From: Octopus sinensis
Lineage: Eukaryota
Reading direction: 5' to 3'
NCBI RefSeq assembly: GCF_006345805.1
Contig: NC_043002.1
Coordinates: 118,358,001-118,422,000, forward strand
Length of the DNA: 64,000 nucleotides
The notes under the pieces were generated by a model. It had not been told where the DNA came from. It was given only the letters and a program-made list of their open reading frames with translations, and searched no databases. The position numbers and the translations under genes were made by a program. This document shows positions 62,001 to 64,000 of the stretch, piece after piece; the first letter of the stretch is position 1, and every line of letters starts with the position of its first letter.

Positions 62001-63900
62001 TCCTCTTTTCACCAATCCATTAAAAAAAAATTTATACAATATTATTCTGATTATAAACTTTCATGTGGAAAAGGAAAAAGCATTGAATCAGTTGACTGAG
62101 TTTACAAATATTCAAAATTGTTGTCTTTTATATATTTTCTATTAACATTTTAAGGTTTTAACTTAAATTTTTTTAATTGTTGATAATTTTTATATGCGTT
62201 TTGCTTTTCTTAACCAAAGGAAAAGAGACTTGGATCACTCAACAAGTTTCGCAGCAAGTCTAATTCTGTTCTGCTTGCAACTGATGTTGCCAGTAGGTAT
62301 GTTGCAATCAACTTTTCTTTTTACAGTATAAATATTTTTTCATATACATTTTTCCATGCATTGATTGATTGCTAAAGGTGAAACAAGCAAATGAATATTT
62401 TGAAGAATGCCTCTTTAATTATAAATTTATATTTTACTGAAAGTGTTTCATCCTTGAGTTAATTACTCACTCCTAGAACTTTAGTTTGCTTCTACCTGGT
62501 AAATCACTCCTAGGCCTTCTATAATTGTCTCGTATCTTATACAGGAGGAAATTTACCTTCAGTTTTTTTTAATGTTACACTAAGTAGAGTTAATCACTGG
62601 CTCTCTGAGCCTCCACAGCTCATGGAACGAGCTTTTCTTTCAGTTTTATAGGATTTAGATTCTACAACAAATTCAATCATTTTTATTTAGTTGTTTGTTA
62701 GGACAAATGTGTTTTAGAGTCGTTTCAGTTGTGCCCTCCTCAAGTGAACCTGAGATGAAGGTAACTGTACAAATGTTTAAAAGGCTCAACACCCCATATA
62801 TGCCAAGCTTCTCTCTTCTTATCTATGTTCTTTTATGCTGTGTACAGTTGTGTAGCACTCCACACATATTCTACCAAGTTTATGCTTCATTTTGTTTTGA
62901 TTTCTCCAGAGATTTTGAAAGGAGCAAGTTGAGCTTATCTGATGCTTACTTTGCTGAAGTCAGTTCAGCAATTTGATACATTTTTTTTAAGCTAATTCTT
63001 CAGATAACAAATGTGTTGGCTGCTATTTAAATTTCTGTTGGATTTACTGAAACAACTAATACTGACGTTGTTTTCTTTAATTTGCAACCTTTGAGTAAAA
63101 TCAAGTTTTGCAGTTTAAATTCTCAGCTTTTGCTTATTTTATAAAATATGTATTCTTTTTATAATGAATTTTTACCTGCTAGCATTTAGTGAAATTTAAA
63201 TTCTGTAATGGTTAAAGTTATTAACGTTTTTTAACTCTTTATCATTTAAAGCAACCATATCTAGCCTCTCACACCTACTCTTAATGTCATTCTAAAAATA
63301 AGCAACCTCATTATCGGTTCCTATTAATTTATAGTACTCTCTTAAAAATGTATGAATTACTGCATTTTTAGTGAAAATATATTGTAATTAATTAACTTTT
63401 CTCTTTGTTAGAATTGAATTGGTTGCAGGTGAAAAATAAAATATCCAACTTTCATAATGTAAACTAAATATGTAATGTTTAGTTGAGAAATATGAGTTTC
63501 ACCAAGATGACTTTTTACTATAATGATGATGGTAGATAAAGCACCAGTCTTACTAAATCATCTCGAACTTTTATGTAGCTTCAACTGACAAATTTCTTAC
63601 ACTTGCTTTTTTTGTTTATTTCTTCATCTTCAACTCATTTATATAATTTTAAACCCCTATAATCCAATCCAAATTAGAAATATGAGAACCAATAATGCTA
63701 GATGTAAGTAATTCATTCTTCTTTACATTGTTAATAGAAATAAGCGTGTATTCTTTTGTATTTGCCAGAGGTCTTGACATTCCCCATGTGGACATAGTAA
63801 TTAATTTTGATATCCCAATGCGTTCTAAAGATTATATTCACCGTGTTGGACGAACGGCTCGAGCTGGACGATCAGGCAAATCCATAACTTTTGTAACACA
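43924..63900 (+). CDS. DDX47: DEAD-box ATP-dependent RNA helicase DDX47/Rrp3, 3'-partial; join(43924..44013,44591..44684,46244..46432,48208..48279,49905..49975,51600..51647,56524..56595,59920..60036,61372..61518,62220..62296,63769..63900)
   Basis: Eleven GT-AG exons (1109 nt, phases consistent) give the Q motif, [36 protein letters not shown] and HRVGRTAR, plus family-typical strings such as KKPHIVI, NTKGFN and [18 protein letters not shown]. The C-terminal exons lie beyond the window. Confidence 0.96.
44345..44545 (-). mobile_element. tRNA-derived SINE, family B (DDX47 intron 1)
   Basis: Homologous to 36603-36810. Confidence 0.6.
44591..44684 (+). CDS. DDX47: DDX47 exon 2 ([31 protein letters not shown])
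   Basis: TTCCAG| acceptor, |GTAGTA donor; Q motif. Confidence 0.95.
45085..45289 (+). mobile_element. RTE 3'-end-derived element (DDX47 intron 2)
   Basis: Same family as 1732-1973; (GAT)n tail. Confidence 0.7.
45584..45968 (-). mobile_element. tRNA-derived SINE, family A, near full length (DDX47 intron 2)
   Basis: Collinear with 5768-6181. Confidence 0.85.
46244..46432 (+). CDS. DDX47: DDX47 exon 3 ([15 protein letters not shown]...[12 protein letters not shown]...)
   Basis: Motifs I and Ia; CAG| acceptor and |GTAAG donor. Confidence 0.97.
48208..48279 (+). CDS. DDX47: DDX47 exon 4 ([24 protein letters not shown])
   Basis: GG doublet; TTTTCAG| acceptor and |GTAAGT donor. Confidence 0.95.
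49905..49975 (+). CDS. DDX47: DDX47 exon 5 ([24 protein letters not shown])
   Basis: Motif Ib; TTTTCAG| acceptor and |GTAAGT donor. Confidence 0.95.
50286..50639 (+). mobile_element. Non-autonomous Helitron, 354 bp (DDX47 intron 5)
   Basis: A|TCTCTCTCTATATAAA 5' end; CCCG/CGGG subterminal hairpin; CTAG|T 3' end; inserted at an AT dinucleotide with no TSD. Confidence 0.8.
51060..51430 (+). mobile_element. Degenerate RTE (BovB-like) 3' fragment
   Basis: Remnants of [16 protein letters not shown] and NRRKWQS. Confidence 0.45.
51600..51647 (+). CDS. DDX47: DDX47 exon 6 ([16 protein letters not shown])
   Basis: DEAD motif II; TTTAG| acceptor and |GTAAGT donor. Confidence 0.95.
52847..53200 (-). 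mobile_element. tRNA-derived SINE, third family (DDX47 intron 6)
   Basis: Minus-strand head GTGGAGGTGCAATGGCCCAGTGGTTAG (A-box) and GATTTCAATTCCCAG (B-box-like). Confidence 0.65.
53200..56205 (+). mobile_element. About 3 kb RTE-clade LINE with internal deletions (DDX47 intron 6, sense)
   Basis: APE: WNVGTL, GDFNGHV, NTWFRK..IDFML; RT: [44 protein letters not shown]; C-terminal WYGHVLRR; many stops. Confidence 0.9.
56524..56595 (+). CDS. DDX47: DDX47 exon 7 ([24 protein letters not shown])
   Basis: Motif III SAT; ATCAG| acceptor and |GTAAAA donor. Confidence 0.95.
58374..59085 (-). mobile_element. Mariner remnant (catalytic/C-terminal half), inserted at the TA of a SINE head (58287-58373)
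   Basis: [32 protein letters not shown]; TIR-like TCAGATCATTAAAAATGAATTGTCCG after TA. Confidence 0.75.
59090..59818 (-). mobile_element. Second, internally deleted mariner (N-terminal HTH fused to C-terminus)
   Basis: [28 protein letters not shown] joined at about 59350 to [24 protein letters not shown]. Confidence 0.75.
59920..60036 (+). CDS. DDX47: DDX47 exon 8 ([39 protein letters not shown])
   Basis: TTTCAG| acceptor and |GTACTT donor; phase 0/0. Confidence 0.95.
60300..60505 (+). mobile_element. RTE 3'-end-derived element (DDX47 intron 8)
   Basis: Same family as 1732-1973. Confidence 0.55.
61372..61518 (+). CDS. DDX47: DDX47 exon 9 ([23 protein letters not shown]...PLHGQLSQ)
   Basis: Motif IV and LHG; TTCCAG| acceptor and |GTGGGT donor. 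Confidence 0.95.
62220..62296 (+). CDS. DDX47: DDX47 exon 10 ([26 protein letters not shown])
   Basis: Motif V; CCAAAG| acceptor (AAG type) and |GTATGT donor. Confidence 0.92.
63769..63900 (+). CDS. DDX47: DDX47 exon 11 ([44 protein letters not shown])
   Basis: Motif VI; TGCCAG| acceptor and |GTGAGT donor. Confidence 0.96.
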
Positions 63901-64000
63901 GTGAGTATTTCTAATGTATGATTCAATGAATATGAAAATATACTGTAAGAAAGATAATAAAATTTGTATAACAATAATATTAAAATTAGATCATCTAATT

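Noticed and set aside
43404-63906. U12-type or non-canonical introns in PHF5A or DDX47
   Set aside because: All donors are U2-type GT without the GTATCCTT signature; the only oddity is a legitimate AAG acceptor at 62217-62219

Overview
AT-rich, microsatellite- and transposon-dense animal genomic DNA. The repeat landscape (tRNA-derived SINEs, RTE LINEs with (GAT)n tails, Penelope-like elements, mariners, Helitrons) suggests an Octopus-type cephalopod; this is inference. Two spliced genes lie head-to-head with start codons 468 bp apart. One is a complete 4-exon PHF5A/Rds3 on the minus strand (43455->33475, 110 aa). The other is a 3'-truncated DDX47/Rrp3 DEAD-box helicase on the plus strand (11 coding exons, 43924->63900, continuing past the window). 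In the left 33 kb I could support no host coding exon. That region holds three Penelope-like (GIY-YIG) retroelement remnants, RTE and REL-endonuclease LINE fragments, hAT/mariner/Tc1/Helitron remnants and a solo LTR. The most interesting signal is that two unrelated Penelope-like fragments (1-1541 and about 11255-12180) share one architecture: a short GIY-YIG C-terminal fragment enclosed by inverted terminal repeats, each arm carrying a minimal type I hammerhead ribozyme motif. The first element has two identical hammerhead motifs on opposite strands. Most ORFs in the supplied track are microsatellite or antisense artefacts. Repeat boundaries are approximate and no database searches were run.
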